Part shown: in pieces, positions 41,405-55,900 of the stretch
Numbering within the stretch: the first letter of the stretch is position 1
Layout of the letters: every line of letters begins with the position of its first letter
Assembly: GCF_009914755.1 (NCBI RefSeq)
Contig: NC_060947.1
Reading direction: 5' to 3' (one strand)
Source: the human T2T-CHM13v2.0 reference genome, Homo sapiens
Length of the DNA: 64,000 bases
Position numbers and translations under genes: made by a program
The notes under the pieces: model-generated
Databases searched by the model: none
Seen by the model: only the letters and a program-made list of their open reading frames with translations
What the model was told of the DNA's origin: nothing

Positions 41405-41977
41405 TAGTCTTAAAGCTTGAAACTTACATTTGTCTTATGAGTTCCTTTCACAGAAAACTGATCCTGAGGCCTCACAAGTAGTGTCAAGATACTGAAACTC
41501 CTTAATTTCTGTTTTCCTAACTGGCCACCTGCTTCCTGTTGACCAACTCCTCTTCCTTACCCCTCCCTAATTTTTGTTTTCCTTCACATAGCTACATTTC
41601 TTCCTCACTATTTAAACCCCCAATTTTAGTTGGTTAGGGAATGGATTTGAGGCTTATCTCCCATCTCCTCTGCTGCAGCACCTGAATAAAGCCTTCTTCC
41701 CTGGCAATGCTAACCTCAGTGACTGGCTTTCTGTGTGGTGAGCAATGGGACCTAGATCAACCACCTGGCATTTCAGTAAACCATTGAGTATAATGATAGC
41801 TGTGAGCTTGTTGTATACAGCCTTTGTTATATTGAAATACATTTCTTCTATACATAAATTGCAAAGCATATTTATTATGACAGGATGTGGAATTGTGTCA
41901 AATGCTTTTACTGCATCTATTAAGATGGCCACGTTTTATATCCTGCATACTTTTAATGTACTGTGTGACATTTATTA

Positions 41978-42283
41978 TTATTATTACTACTATTATTTAG
42001 AGACAGGATCTCACTCAGTCACCCAGGCTGGTGTGCAGTGATGCAATCATAGCTCACTGTAGGCTCAAACTCCTGGGCTCAAGTGATTCTCCTATCTTGG
42101 CCCCTCAAGTAGCTAGGACTTAAAAGTTCATGCCACTACACTCAGTTACTTTTCTTTATTTCTTGTAGAAATGAGGTCTCACTTTGTTTCCCAGGCTGGT
42201 CTCAAACTACTGGCCTCAAACAATTCTCCCATTTTGGCCTCCCACAGTGTTGGGATTATTGATTTGAGCCATTGCACCTGGCC
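41978..42283 (-). mobile_element. Alu (AluJ-like) with (TTA)n tail
   Basis: TSD ACATTTATTA at 41968-41977 and 42286-42295. Confidence 0.92.
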
Positions 42284-43546
42284 TCACATTTATTAGTATG
42301 AATTATATTTCAGACAATTCATAGATCTCCATTAATTTGAGGTCAGTTACTGGAAATTTATTTTCTTTTGGTGGTATCCTGTTTCCCTGATTCTTTGTTA
42401 TTGATGTAGCATGTAGTGGGTGTGGATCCTGTTTAGTATGTGGATATCTAATTGTCCCAGCACTATTGATTGAACAGATTATGGTTTCCTCAATAAACTA
42501 GCTAGAAAAAAAGTAAAAAAAAATCAGTATAACAAAAACAGAAGAATTTATTTATAGATTTTTAACTGGTTGAATTGAGCTATATGTCTATTTTTATGCC
42601 AGTACTATAGTGTCTTGACTTACTGCTGGTTTGTAGTAGGTTTTGAAATCAGAAAGTGTGAGTCCTCACAATTGGTTTTCCTTTTCAAATTGTTATGGCT
42701 ATTCTGGGCCAATTACATCTTCATATAAAATGTATACTTATGTCAATTTCAGAAAAATCTGTAGAGATTTTTATAGGAATTGCACTGATTTTTGAGATTT
42801 ATTTTAAAACTACTGCCAGCCTAGCAATATTTTGTGTTTCACTCCATAAACAAGAAAGATCTTTTTGTTTATTTAGATCTTAACTACTTTTAATAATATT
42901 TTGTTCTTTTCAATGTACAAGTCCTGCATGTGTTTTGTTAAATTAATTTCTAATTGTTCTATTTTTTTGATGCTGTTTAATGAAATTTTTTTCTTTTTCA
43001 TTTTGAATTATTTATAGAAAAACAATTTTTGTATATTATTCATGAGTCTTGCAACTTTGTAGAACACTTATTTATTAGTTCTAACAGTTTTTAAATTTTA
43101 TTTCTAAGAATTTTCTCTGTATAAAATCATTTTATCTGCATACAGATATAGGTTTCTCTGTTCATTTCCAATCTGGATACTTAAAAAAAATTTTTCCTTG
43201 CCTCATTGTCATAGCTATAACCTGCTCAATAGTGTTGAACCATGAGAAAAAACATTGTAATCTTGTTCCTGATATTAGGAAAAATCTCTAATTCTTTTAA
43301 AATTCATTATTATGCTAGTTACGAGTGTATTACAGATGTTCTCTATCAGGTTGAGGAAGTTCACTTCTATTAAGAATTAGAAGGTTTTTAATCATGAGTG
43401 GGTGAATAACTTTGTCATAATTTTTCTTCTTCATATGGTCAAGTATTTATTTGTTCTTTATTATATTAAATGCTATAATACACAAAAGTGAAGTAAATCT
43501 CACTTCGTGATGTGCAAACTATTTGCATTTTTCAATTATTCTGGAA

Positions 43547-46500
43547 TTTTTTTTTAGCTTTCATTTTAGGTTCAGAGGTGCATGTGTAGATATATTACAT
43601 AGGTAAATTGTTTGGGGAGTTTGGTATACACATTATTTTCTTACCTAGGTAAGAAGTACAGTACCTGCTATGTGTTTTTTTCAATCCTCAGCCTCCTCTC
43701 ATTCCTCCATTCTCAAGTAGCCCTGGTGTCTGTTGTTCCCTTCTTTATGTTCACATGTACTGAGGGTTTAGCTTCCACTTATGAGTGAAGATATACAGTA
43801 TTTGGTTTTCTATTCCTGTGTCAGTATGCTTAGGATAATTTTCTCCAGCTCCACCCATGTTGTTGCAACGGACACGATCTCATTCTTTTCATTATTATTA
43901 TTATTATTTTTATTATACTTTAAGTTCTGTGGTACATGTGCAGAACATGCAGTTTTGTTACATAGGTATACACGTGCCATGGTGGTTTGCCACACCCACC
44001 AACCCATCACCTACATTAGGTATTTCTCCTAATGCTATCCCTTCCCTAGCCCCTCACCCCCCGACAGGCCCAAGTGTGTGATGTTCCCCTCCCCCTCTCT
44101 GTGTCCATGTGTTCTCATTGTTCAACTCCTACTTATGTGTGAGAACATGTGGTGTTTGGTTTTCTGTTCTTGTGTTAGTTTGCTGAGAATGATGGTTTCC
44201 AGCTTCATCCATGTCCCTGTAAAGGACATGAACTCATCCTTTTTTATGGCTGCATAGCATTCCATGGTGTATATGTGCCCCATTTTCTTTATCCAGTCCA
44301 TCACTGATGGAGATTTGGGTTGATTCCAAGTCTTTGCTATTGTGAATAGTGCTGCAATAAACATACGTGTGCATGTGTGTTTATAGCAGAATGATTTATA
44401 ATCCTTTGGATATATACCCAGTAATGGGAATGCTGGGTCAAATGGTATTTCTGGTTCTAGATCCTTGAGGAATCACCACACTGTCTTCCACAATGGTTGA
44501 ACTAATTTACACTCCCACCAACAGTGTAAAAGCGTTCCTATTTCTCCACAACCTCTCCAGCATCTGTTGTTTCCTGACTTTGTAATGTTCACCATTCTAA
44601 CTGACATGAGATGGTATCTCATTGTGGTTTTGATTTGCATTTCTCTAATGACCAGTGATGATGAGCTTTTTTTCATATGTTTGTTGGCTGCATAAATGTC
44701 TTCTTTTGAAAAGTCACTGTTCACATCCTTCATCCACTTTTTGACAGGGTTCTTTTCTTCTTGTAAATTTATTTAAGTTCTTTGTAGATTCTGGATATTA
44801 GCCCTTTGTCAGATGGATTGATTGCAAAAATTTTCTCCCATTCTGTGCATTGCCTGTTCACTCTGATGATAGTTTCTTTTGCTGTGCAGAAGCCCTTTAG
44901 TTTAATCAGATCCCATTTGTCAATTTTGGCTTTTGTTGCCATTGCTTTTTGTGTTTTAGACTTGAAGTCTTTGCCCATGCCTATGTCCTGAATGGTATAG
45001 CCTAAGTTTTCTTCTAGGATATTTATGGTTTTAGGTCTTATGTTTAAGTCTGTAAACTCATTCTTTTTATGGCTGAATAGTATTCCATTATGTATATTTT
45101 CCACATTTTTAATAAATCCAGTTTACCATTGATGAACATTTAGTTTAATTCCATGTCTTGTTATTGTCAATAATGCCACGATGTATATATGCATGCATGT
45201 GTCTTTATAGTAGAATGATTTCTATTCCATTGGGTATATAATCACTGGGTCAAATGGTAGTTCTGTTTCAAGTTTTTCAAGAAATTGGCAACTGTTTTCT
45301 GCAGTGACTGAACTGCTTTACATTCCCACCGGCTATATATAAGTGTTCGCTTTTCTCTACAACTTCACCAGCATCTGTTATTTTTTTGACTTTTTAATAA
45401 TGCCCATACTGACTTGTGTGAGATGGTATCTCATTGTGGTTGTGACTTGCATTTCTCTAACAAATAGTGATGTTGAGCATTTTTTATGTGCTTGTTGGCT
45501 GCATGTAAGTTTTCTTTGAAAAGTGTCTGTTAATGTTCTTTGCTCATTTTTAATGGGGTTATTTCTTTTTTGTTTGTTAATTTGTTAGTTTCTTATAGAT
45601 TCCGGCTACTAGACCATCAGCAGACACATAGTTTGCAAATATTTTCTCCCATTTGGTAGGTTGTCTGTTTACTGTGTTGATAGTTTATTTTGTAATATAG
45701 AGGCTCTTAATTTAATTAGGTCCCACTTGTCAATTTATGTTTCTGATGCAATTGCTTTTGCCATCTTTATTATGAATCTTTGCCAGGTCCTATGAACAAG
45801 ATATTGCCTAACTTATATTCCAATGATTTTATAGTTTTAGGTTTTACATTTAAGTCTTTGATTCATCTGGAGTTGATTTTTGTATATGACACAAGGAATG
45901 AGTCCAGTTTTAATCTTCTGCTTATGGCTAGCCAGTTATTACATCACCACTTATTAAATAGGGAGTGTTTTCCCTGTTGCTTTTTTTTTTGCCAAATTTT
46001 TTGAAGATCAGATGGTTGTAGATACGCTGCTTTATTTCTAGGCTCTCTATTCTGTTCAATTAGTCTGTGTGCCTATTTTTCAACAAGTACCATGCTGTTC
46101 TGGTTACTGTAGCCTTGTATTATAGTTTGAAGCTGGGTAATGTGATTTCTCCAACTTTCTTCATTTTTCTTAGGATTACTTTGGCTATTCTGGCTCTTTT
46201 TGGTTCCATACACATTTTACAAAAGGTTTTCTAATTCTGTAATGAATATCATTGGCAGTTTGATAAGGAATAGCATTGAATCCATAAATGGCTTTGGGCA
46301 GTATGATTATTTCAACAATATTGAGTCTTCCTGTCCATGAGCATGAAATGTTTTCCATTTGTTTGTGTCATCTCTGACTTTGAGCAGTGTTTTATGATTC
46401 TTATTGTAGATTTTCACTTCCCTAGTTAGCTGTATTCCTTGGTATTTTATTGTTTTTTTTTTTTCTGGCTATTGCGTATGACATTATGTTCTTGATTAGC

Positions 46501-49500
46501 CTCTCACTTTAGTAGTTGTTGGTGTACAGAAATGCTACTAACTTCTGCACATTGATTTTGTATCCAGGTAATTTTCTAAGGTTGTTTTTCAGACTTAGGA
46601 GTTCTTGGAAAGAGACTATGGAATTTTCTAGGTAAAGAATCATATTAGGTGCAAAAAGATAGTTTGACTTCCTCTCTTGCTTCTCTTGCTATAGGGATAT
46701 CTTTTATTACTTTTTCTTGCCTGGCATAAAATATCCAGTCCAGTCTTATGCTGAGTAGAAGTGGTGAGAGTGGGCATCTTTGTCTTGTTCCAGTTCTCAA
46801 GGGGAATGTTCCCAGCATTTGCCCATTCAGTATGATGATGACTATGTGTTTGCCATAGAAAGCTTTTTTGTTGTATGTTTCCTCAATACCTTGCTTGTTG
46901 AGGATTTTAAGATGAACAGATGTTAAATTTTATCAAAACCCTTTTCTGCATCTATTGAGATAATTGTGTTAGTTTTGTTTTTAGTTCCTTTTATGTAATG
47001 AATTAAATTTATTGATTTTCCTATGTTGAAACAATCTTTCACCCTAGGGATAAAGCCTACTTGATAATGATGGATTAGCTCTTCGATGTGCTACTAAATT
47101 TGGTTTGCTCATACTTTGTTGAGGGTTTTTCCATCTCTGTTTATCAAATATATTAGTCTAAAGCTTTCTTTTTGTGTATTTATCAGGTTTTGATATTAGA
47201 GTGATGCTGGCCTCCTAGAATGTGTTAGGTAGGAGTCCCTCCTCCTCAATATTTTAGATTAGTGTCAGTAGGAATGGTACCAGCCTTTCTTTATACTTGT
47301 AGAAATTAAGCTGTGAATCCATCTGGTCCTCAGCTTCTTTTGGTTGGTAGGCTTTCTATTATTCATTCAATTTTGGAACTTATAATTGGTCTGTTCAGAG
47401 ATTCAATACTTTTGTAGTTTAGTATAGAGATGTTCTATGTTTCTAGGAATTTATTTTTTTCAAAGTGTTTTAGCTTGGTGCGTAGAGGTGTTCAAAGCAA
47501 TCTCTGAGGAATTTTGTATTTCTGGGGGCTGTGGTAACATCCCGTTTGTCATTTCTGATTTTATTTATTTATATCATATATTTTTTTATTAGTGTATTCA
47601 GTGGTCTATCAATCTATTATTTTGAAATAATCAACACCTAGATTTGTTGATCTTTTGTATGGTTTCTTGTGTCTCAATTTCCTTCAGTTCGGTTCTTAAC
47701 TTTGGTTATGTCTTGTCTTCTGCTACCTTTGGAGTTGGTTTGCTCTGCTTTTTCTAGTTCTTCTAGTTGTGATGTTAAGTTGTTAATTTGAGATCTTTCT
47801 AACTTTTTGATATGTGCATTTAGCAATGTAAAATTCCCTCTTAACATTATCTATGTATCAGAGATTCTGATATGTTGTACCTTTGTTCTCATTAGTTTCA
47901 AAGAATTTCTTGATTCCTGCCTTAATTTCAATATTTACCAAAAAGTTACCAAAAAGTAAATCAGGAGCATGTTGTTTAATTTCCATGTAATTGTACAGTT
48001 TTGAGCAATTTTCTTAGTATTGATTTGTATTTTTACTGTGCTGCGGTCTGAGTGTGGTTGGTATAATTTTGTTTTATAATTTGTTGAGAATTTTTTTATG
48101 ACTGATTTTGTGCTCCATTTTAGAGTATGTGCTATGTGCAGATGAGAAGAGTGTATGTTCTGTTGTTTTGGGGTGGAGAGTTCTGTAGATGTCTATTTGG
48201 TCAAGTGTTGAGTTCGGGTCTCAAATATCTTTGTTATTTTTCTGCCTCAATGATCTGTCTAATACTGTCTCTGGATTACTAAAGTTTCCACTATTATTGT
48301 GTGGTAATCTAAGTCTCCTTATAAGTTATAAAGTACTAAGTATGTAAAGCTCTGTGCTCCTGTTTTGGGTGCATATATTCTTAAGATAGTAATATCTTCT
48401 TGTTGAATTAAATACTTTACAATTATGTAATGCCTTTGTTTGTCATTTTTGATCTTTGTTGGTTTAAAGTCTGTTTTGTCTGAAATTAGAATAGCAATCC
48501 TAGCTTTTTTCTGTTTTCTGTTTACTTGCCAGGCTTTTCTGCATCCATTCTCTTTGAACCTATGGGTGTAATTGCATATGAGAGAGATCTTTTGAAGACA
48601 GGATACCATTGGGTCTTCCTTTTTTATGCAACTTGCCACTCTGTGCCTTCTATTTGGGGCATTTAGCTCATTTACACTCAAGGTTAATCTTGATATGTAC
48701 AGATTTAATTCTGTCATCTTGTTCCTAGCTGGCTAATATGCAGAGTTGATCGTGTACTTGCTTTATATGTCAATGATTCATGTACTTACATGTCTTTTTC
48801 TGGTAGCTGGTAATGGTCTTTCCATATTTAGCACTCCCTTAAGGACTTCTTGTAAAGCAGAACTGTTTGTAATGAATTTCATTAGCATTTGTTTTTCTGA
48901 AAATGATCTTATTTCTCCTTCGTGTATTAAGCTTATTTTGGCAGGAATAAAATTTGTGATTGAAATTTATTTCCTTTATGAATAATGTATATAGGCCACC
49001 ATTGTCTTCTGGCTTGCAGTGTTTCTGCTGAAAGGTCCACTATCAGCCTGATGGGATACCATTTGTAGGTGACCTGCTCCCACCCTCTTGCTGCCTTTAT
49101 CATTTTTTCTTTATTTCAAACTTGAAGAATCTGATAACAATGTGTGTTAGGGATAGTTGTCTTGTATAGTATCTTCCAGGGGGTCTCTGCACTTCTTGAA
49201 TTTTAATATTGGCTTCTCTAGCAAAACTGGGGAAATTTTTATTGATGATATTTTCAAATAACTTTTCCAAGTTACTTGTTTTTGCTTCTTGTTTCAGGGA
49301 TGTAAATGAGTCATAAATTTGGTCTCTTTACATAATCCTGTTTTTCTCAGAAATTTTTTCAGTCTTCTTTATTCTTTTCTCTTTACTTTTATCTGAGTGT
49401 TTTCAAAGACCTGGTCTTCATGCTCTGAGATTTGTCCCTCACCTTGGTTGATTCTACTGTTAATACTAGAGATTGTATTATGAAATATTTGAAATGAGTT

Positions 49501-50222
49501 TTTCAGCTCTGTTAGATGAGTTTAGTTTTCTTCTTAAAATGATCATTTTTGTCTTTGAGCTCATTGTTTTATCGTATCCTTAGATTCCTTGGATTGGGTT
49601 TCAGATTTTCCCAAATCTCAATGATCTTCATTCCTATCCATTTTCTGAATTATATTTCTGTCATTTCAGCCATTTCAGCCTGGTTAGGAAACACTGCTGA
49701 GGAACTAGTGGGTTTGTTTGGAGAAAATAGGACACTGTGTCTTTTGGGGTTACCAGAGTTCTTGTGCTGGTTATTTCTTTTCATTGTTTTGATGTTCCTT
49801 CAGTCTTTGAAGTTGTCTTCCTTTGGATGGGGTTTTTACCTTTATCTTCTTTGATGCCTTTGGGGGTTTGATTGTGGTATAAAGTAGGTTCAATCAACTA
49901 GCTTTATTTCTGGAAGATTTTAAGGGGATAAGTCTCAACTCTTAGACTGTGTGTCCTAACTCTGAGGGGGGCTGATATATGGCCGCTTGCTTTGTTCTGT
50001 GGCCCCTCGAGTTTAAAAACCTGATATGCTGCAGGGTCCAATATGTTCCCAGTCCACTAGCTACAACACTTTGATTGGCAGTGCTGGCTAAAGCATTTTG
50101 TTGGCATAGTGGCAGTGGGATCCATGCTTGCTTGTGTGTGCCAGCAGCTGCAGCAGTGTGGCGGGGTGCACACGCATGGGCTGGCATGGCATACTGGCAG
50201 GAGTGGGGCTGTAGCATTCCTG
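43547..50222 (-). mobile_element. Near-full-length L1PA15/16-like LINE-1 (inactive)
   Basis: Poly-T and 3'UTR on the left. ORF2 endonuclease N-terminus 48319..48717 (MTELNLYISRLTLSVNELNAP..). ORF1 region ~48780-49900 and GC-richer 5'UTR remnant to ~50220. Confidence 0.88.
43890..45056 (-). mobile_element. 5'-truncated younger L1PA (L1PA6-8-like) inserted in the older L1 3' region
   Basis: ORF2 C-terminal peptides ([11 protein letters not shown]; MFIAALFTIAKTWNQPK). TSD CTCATTCTTTT at 43879-43889 and 45057-45067. Confidence 0.92.
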
Positions 50223-51259
50223 CTTGTGCCTATGCCAATGGCCTCTAATCTTTTTTATACGTTGTCGGATTTGGTTTGCTTATATTTTCTTGAAGATTAT
50301 TGCACATATATTGGTAAGAAATATTGGTATGTAGTTGTTTTTCTTTTCTTGAGATGACGTATTTTTTTTAATCAGACCATATATAATGGGTTAAATTTTT
50401 TTTCTCTTTTATTTTATTGTAAATATTTGTTTAAGATTGGTGTTGATTACTTAAGCTTTTGGTAAAATTAAACAATAAGGGCACTTAGTCCTCAACTCTT
50501 ATTTACAGGAACTTTTAAAATTACTGTTATAAAAGCTTTATTGTTACTGGTTGGAATATATTTTCTGTTTCTTCTTAAGGGGGTTTTAGAAGTTTTGTAT
50601 TTGTGGTCATCTATTTCATCTAAGGTATCTAAATTGCTTTCATACAGTTGTTCATGTTATTTCTTATAATCATCTTTGTTTCTGTAATGTCTGTAAAAAT
50701 ATCCCTCTTTTATTCTAAATTTAACTCATTTGAGTCATTTGTATTTTTATTTTTAGTAAGTCTAGCGATAGTTGCCAATTTGTTAATGTTTTCAAATAAG
50801 CAAATTTTGGTTGTATTGTTTTGTGTCTATTATTTTCCTAGTCTTTATTGTATTTATTTCTCTTCTCATGTTTATTATTCACTACTTTTTGCTTGCTTTT
50901 AATAAATTATATTATCTAAAAATAAAAAAATAGGTGAAATAACCAATGGAAAGTCAAATTGGAAAAGTTATAATTTTTATATCACAAACAATATGTAATA
51001 TTCCTGATATAGAAAGAGCTTATACAAACTAAGAAAACAACAACATTTAAAAAGACAAGACATATAAATTGTGCAAAGAGAGAATTATAAATGCATACAG
51101 GATACACAGAAATAAACACTAATATTCCTTAATCACATGAAAAAATAATATTTTTCAAAAGAAGAAAAGAAAACTACTTTAAGGCATTACTTCTATTTTA
51201 TTTACAACAACTCAATGTTTTGATGACATAAAACAATAATATGATTAATAAATTAGCAA

Positions 51260-51521
51260 GGCTTGGTATGATGACTCATGTGTGTAATCCCAACACTTTG
51301 AGGGGCAGAGGCAGGAGAATCACTTAAGCCCAGTAGTTCGAGAGTAGCCTGGGCAACATAGAGAGACCCTGTCTCTACAAAATACATACTTATATATATT
51401 TTTAACAACCAGGAAATGTGGTGCACATCTGGGGTCCCAGCTACTCTGGAAGCTGAGGTAGGAGGATCACTTGAGCCTGGAAGGTCTAGACTGAAGTGAG
51501 CCATGTTCACCGCAGTGCACT
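51260..51521 (+). mobile_element. Alu (AluJ-like), 3'-truncated
   Basis: Alu sequence stops at gcagtgcact with no poly-A. Confidence 0.88.
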
Positions 51522-51540
51522 AAGTATCACTAAAAGAGTG

Positions 51541-51725
51541 ATTTCAGTATCACTAAAAGAGTAAATGTTTAACATTCTCATCACAAAAAAATATTAAATA
51601 TCTGTGGTTATATATATGCTAATTAGTTTAATTTAATTTTTCACATTGTATTAAAAATTGTAATACCACTTTGTACTTTGTAAATGTATACAACTGTAAT
51701 TTGTCAACATATAATATATTTTTTA
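51541..51725 (+). mobile_element. L1MA-type extreme 3' end
   Basis: ctaaaagagtaaat..ttctcatcacaaaaaaat..atatgctaattag..ctttgtactttgtaaatgtatacaa. Confidence 0.7.
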
Positions 51726-51759
51726 AATAGACAAGAAAAATTTTTAAAAACTGGTATTG

Positions 51760-52450
51760 GGACTACAGATTCTCTAAATGGGAAAATAACTGAGCCTTTA
51801 ATTGTAGCATAAAAACAAACAGAAACCAAAAGAAATAACAAATCAGTAATTAGCAAAAAGATCACAGACCTAAATGTGAAAGGCAAAACTTAAAAATATT
51901 TTAAGAACATTTTGGTAAGTATTTTGTTGAATTAGTTTAAGTCAAAATTTCCTGACATGAAGAAAGTACAAGCATAAAGGAAAAGACTGATAATTGTACT
52001 GATAAATTTGAGTATTAAAAAAGTTTGTATAATGACACTATTTCCACAATTTAACAATAAACTAACGACAGTTAGGGAATGTAGTTTCAGTGCATATAAA
52101 CATGAAGTGATTAGTTTCTGGAACATATAAGCAACTTCTACAAATCAATGTATTTTAAAAAATGAAAAATAAGCGAAGGATATAGGCAGTCAATTCACAC
52201 AAGTCACTTACATGACTGAAAAATATGGATGAATTCTCAATCTCATTTATAATCAGGAAAACTCAAAATCACACTGTTACCATGTCTTGTTTATTATGAA
52301 CATAGCAAAACAAAGTTTGACAGTACAAAGTGTTAGCAGCAATGTAGAGTCTTGTGTATTCTCAGACACATAGGGTACAGATATAAAGAGGTATAACTAT
52401 TTTAGGGAGAAATTTGCCAAAATTTCATAAAGTTGCATTTGATTATACCC
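51760..52450 (+). mobile_element. Old L1ME/MC ORF2 3' fragment
   Basis: atcacagacctaaatgtgaaaggcaaaac, aaagtacaagcataaaggaaaagactgataa, tctcatttataatcagga. Confidence 0.6.
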
Positions 52451-52953
52451 ACTGGGCCTCCTGTCAAGTCTGTCTACACTTAACCTCCAGCAATATGTCA
52501 ATTAAAGTTAAAGTGTTCTAACCAATACTAAATCCAATTGTGGGCTTCTGCTCCTAAACTTTTGTCCAGTAAGCTGTCTGTCTCTCCAGTGTTCAGGGCA
52601 GCAGTTTGTCCTATGACCTCAGTTCTCTGATGACAGAGCAAAAATTTGTTGATTTTGAATGTTTTTCTTTTTAATGTGAAGAAACTTATTACAGTATTTG
52701 TTCAATTCTTCCCTCACATTCTTGGTGATATTTTTGTAATATATTTTAATTTTGTATATGCTAATAACACAAAAATACTTCTATTTTTGTGTTATCTTTT
52801 AGAGCAATTAAAATTAAAATAACCCATTTAATTTTACTTTTATTTAATCCATTTACTGTGTTCTTCATTAATTTTTATAGAATCAAGTCTCTGACCTTTA
52901 TCATATCTGTTCTTCCTGATTTTTTACCATTTCTAGTGGGCTAGAACTGGTAG

Positions 52954-55900
52954 TGTAACTGGAAAGGGGTCCCAATCCAGACCTCAAGAGAGGTCTCTTG
53001 GATTTCACAGAAGAAAGAATTTGAGGCGAGTCCATAAAGCAAAGTGAAAACAAGTTTATTAAGAAAGTAAAGGAATAAAAGAATGACTAATCAAGAAATA
53101 ACCATAAAAATGGTTGCCCATTTTTAGTATTCATTAGTTTTCCAGGAAAGCGGTGGGCAATTCCCAGAGCTGAGGTTCCTCCCCTTTTTAGACCATATAG
53201 GGTAACTTCCTGACATTGCCATGGCATTTATAAATTATTATGGCACTGATGAGAGTGTAGCAGTGAGGACAACCAGAGGTCATTCTCATTACCATCTTGG
53301 TTTTGCTGGGTTTTAGCCAGCTTCTTTACTGAAACCAGTTTTATCAGCAAGGTTTTTATGACCTGTATCTTGTGCCAACCTCCTATCTCATTCTGTGACT
53401 TAGAAGGCCTAACCATCTGGGAATACAGCCCAGTATGCCTCAGCCTTATTTTATCCAGCCCCTATTTAAGATGGAGTTGCTCTGGTTCAAACACCTCTGA
53501 CATTTTCCCCATCTCTTTTATAAGAGATCCCTTAATCCTGAGAGTTGTTGAGGAGCAAAGATCCATCTTCTGTAACTTCTTCAGGCTGAATAGGGGTGAT
53601 ATTATTCCTGCCTAGCTATTAGGGTCTCTTGTATTACAGGTAGAGAGGAGCCCAGTCATAAAGTGTCAGTATGGTGAAGGTCATTCATACCTCTGAGTTC
53701 CTACAAAAGTTTATAATTTATTAATTATTCAATTTAAGAAAATATTGAGTAAGCTTACCCTTCATTCCTACACAAAGAGTACAATAGCAAATATATTCCA
53801 CATCTGATGAGACTAGAATCTAATAATGAGTGTACCATAGTTCTTGAAATATAGTTTATTTCTCCAGTCTCCCATTTTCACTAAAAATAAATCATAGTAA
53901 GACTGGCTTGCTTTATTAAACTTGGCCTGATTATTTGAATAAAGAAGAGCAAGAATAACTATTTTTCACATAGGCTTTCTAAATTGACTTTGATTGAACT
54001 CTGTTCCATAAGAAATCTCATATAAGACATTTTTCTTTTAAAACTGAGCCCAGCGATGGGGTTGTACTGTCAAATATCTATGAGTTGGGTAAATTCCTCT
54101 CCTCTTGAGGTCCCAAGATAACTTGGGGCTCCTGGGCCTGTCAGAAAGTAATATTCTTTACTTATCCCAGGTCAGGAACCCTGTATAGGAACTCTATAGA
54201 CAAGGTATGAGGCCAGTTTTCCCAAGGGGCTTCTATTGGCTCTCCATGTCAAATTTGATTCCTTAAAAGAAAGCATGCCATTCTAGTCAAAGCCTTGTAA
54301 AATAAACAATTTATCCACTTGTGTCCTGTTGCAAAATAAAACATTCTTATGGAACTTATGCAAAATAAATATATTGCCACAATTTAAGATACAAATAGTT
54401 TCCAAATTTTGGAGAAATCAGGTAGAGAGAAACAAATATGCTCTAAATGTTGCTCACAGGAGTACACTTTACACAATTGTTAAAATCTGTAGACAACTCA
54501 AATGAAAAGTTTCCTTGACTCTGAAAACAAAACAAAGGATGGGCAATGTTTTTAAGCAAAGTCAAAAAATAATTACTTCCATCTTTTATTAGTCCAGTTC
54601 ATGTAGTTAACTCCTGTTCTTCTTGATATTCATGAATATTTCAGCTCTCCATGAGAGTCCTGGAAGTTTTTCCTCTATTCTGATGTTACAATCTCCAAAG
54701 CTATCAGAAACCTGCGTTCAAGAGTACCTGTTAAAGTCCTATAGTTGATTATAAAAACCACCTTCTAAAGAGGACTAATACAAAACAACAATTGTCTGTG
54801 GATGATAAAATGCCTTAGGGCAGCCTCTATTAAAACCACAATTGACTAGGAATTTTGGTTACTTCTGTGGCATACAACAATTTCACGTAACAATTATTAA
54901 TAACACACTAAGCCATAATAGAATTATGGGAGTTCCTCATAATTTTGGAACACATACCAATGGCACATTTATACACATACAGCCCAAAGAAAGCCAAACA
55001 CCATTTCATATTTGACAATGCTTTCTGTATGATTTTTATACCAAATAAGTCAAATGTCACTTTTACATTAATGTACTATTAATGTTAAAACCTATCCTTA
55101 ATAAAACCTTATAGACATTTCTAACCAATTTTAATGTTTGACCATAAGGTAAGATTCTCATAAGCCTTTTGTAACACTTTACAAGTTTTTATTAAAAAGC
55201 AGATCAGTGGTAAGAAAAAGCTATTGTGCTTTTATTTTCATTCAATTGTTCAATAAATGTTCAATTTACAGGAAAACTGTATACCCCTTTAAATTTAGCC
55301 AGTATGTTCAGACATAGAATTTATTTTACAAAATTCTAACTTGAAACAATAATTTAACCCTCTAAACTTAAGCAAGAAATCCACACTCCCATGCCTTCTT
55401 ATAATCTTTTACCAAACGTATATTCTACATTCCTTATATGCCTTGCATGTAGAACTGTTTCTTTAGTAGCCTCAAATACATGTTACACTGTTAACTCTTA
55501 GGAACTTTTGCTTTTGGTGAAAAACTTGGTTAGTAGGCGATTGTAATTATGTATCAAGTGTGGAGCTTAGGACATCAGACAGAAGTGCAGATAAGGGCTT
55601 AATCTTTCCGGCACAGCTGGGATGCATGGCGCTCCACATGTCTCCATGTCTTATCAAGAATCTAATGCTTCAAAGTAGGTAAAGTGAACAATTTTCAAAA
55701 GTCAAAGAAGCAGTATATGACCTTAAAGCATTTAGTAAACTTAATATCTTGCCTACCTGATTTAGACGAAATATCTTTATTTTACCAATAATCTTTAAAG
55801 CTGTTTCTATTTCTCAAAGATTATTTAAGTCCTATGAACTAAAAAGCATTGCACTTTTTAATTTTCTGATAAAATATGTGATTTAAACACTATTTTTAAA

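Noticed and set aside
48319-48717. Endonuclease-like ORF, and other L1-like peptides at 18002-21426 and 44122-45104
   Set aside because: Fragments of inactivated LINE-1 ORF2 with stops and frameshifts.
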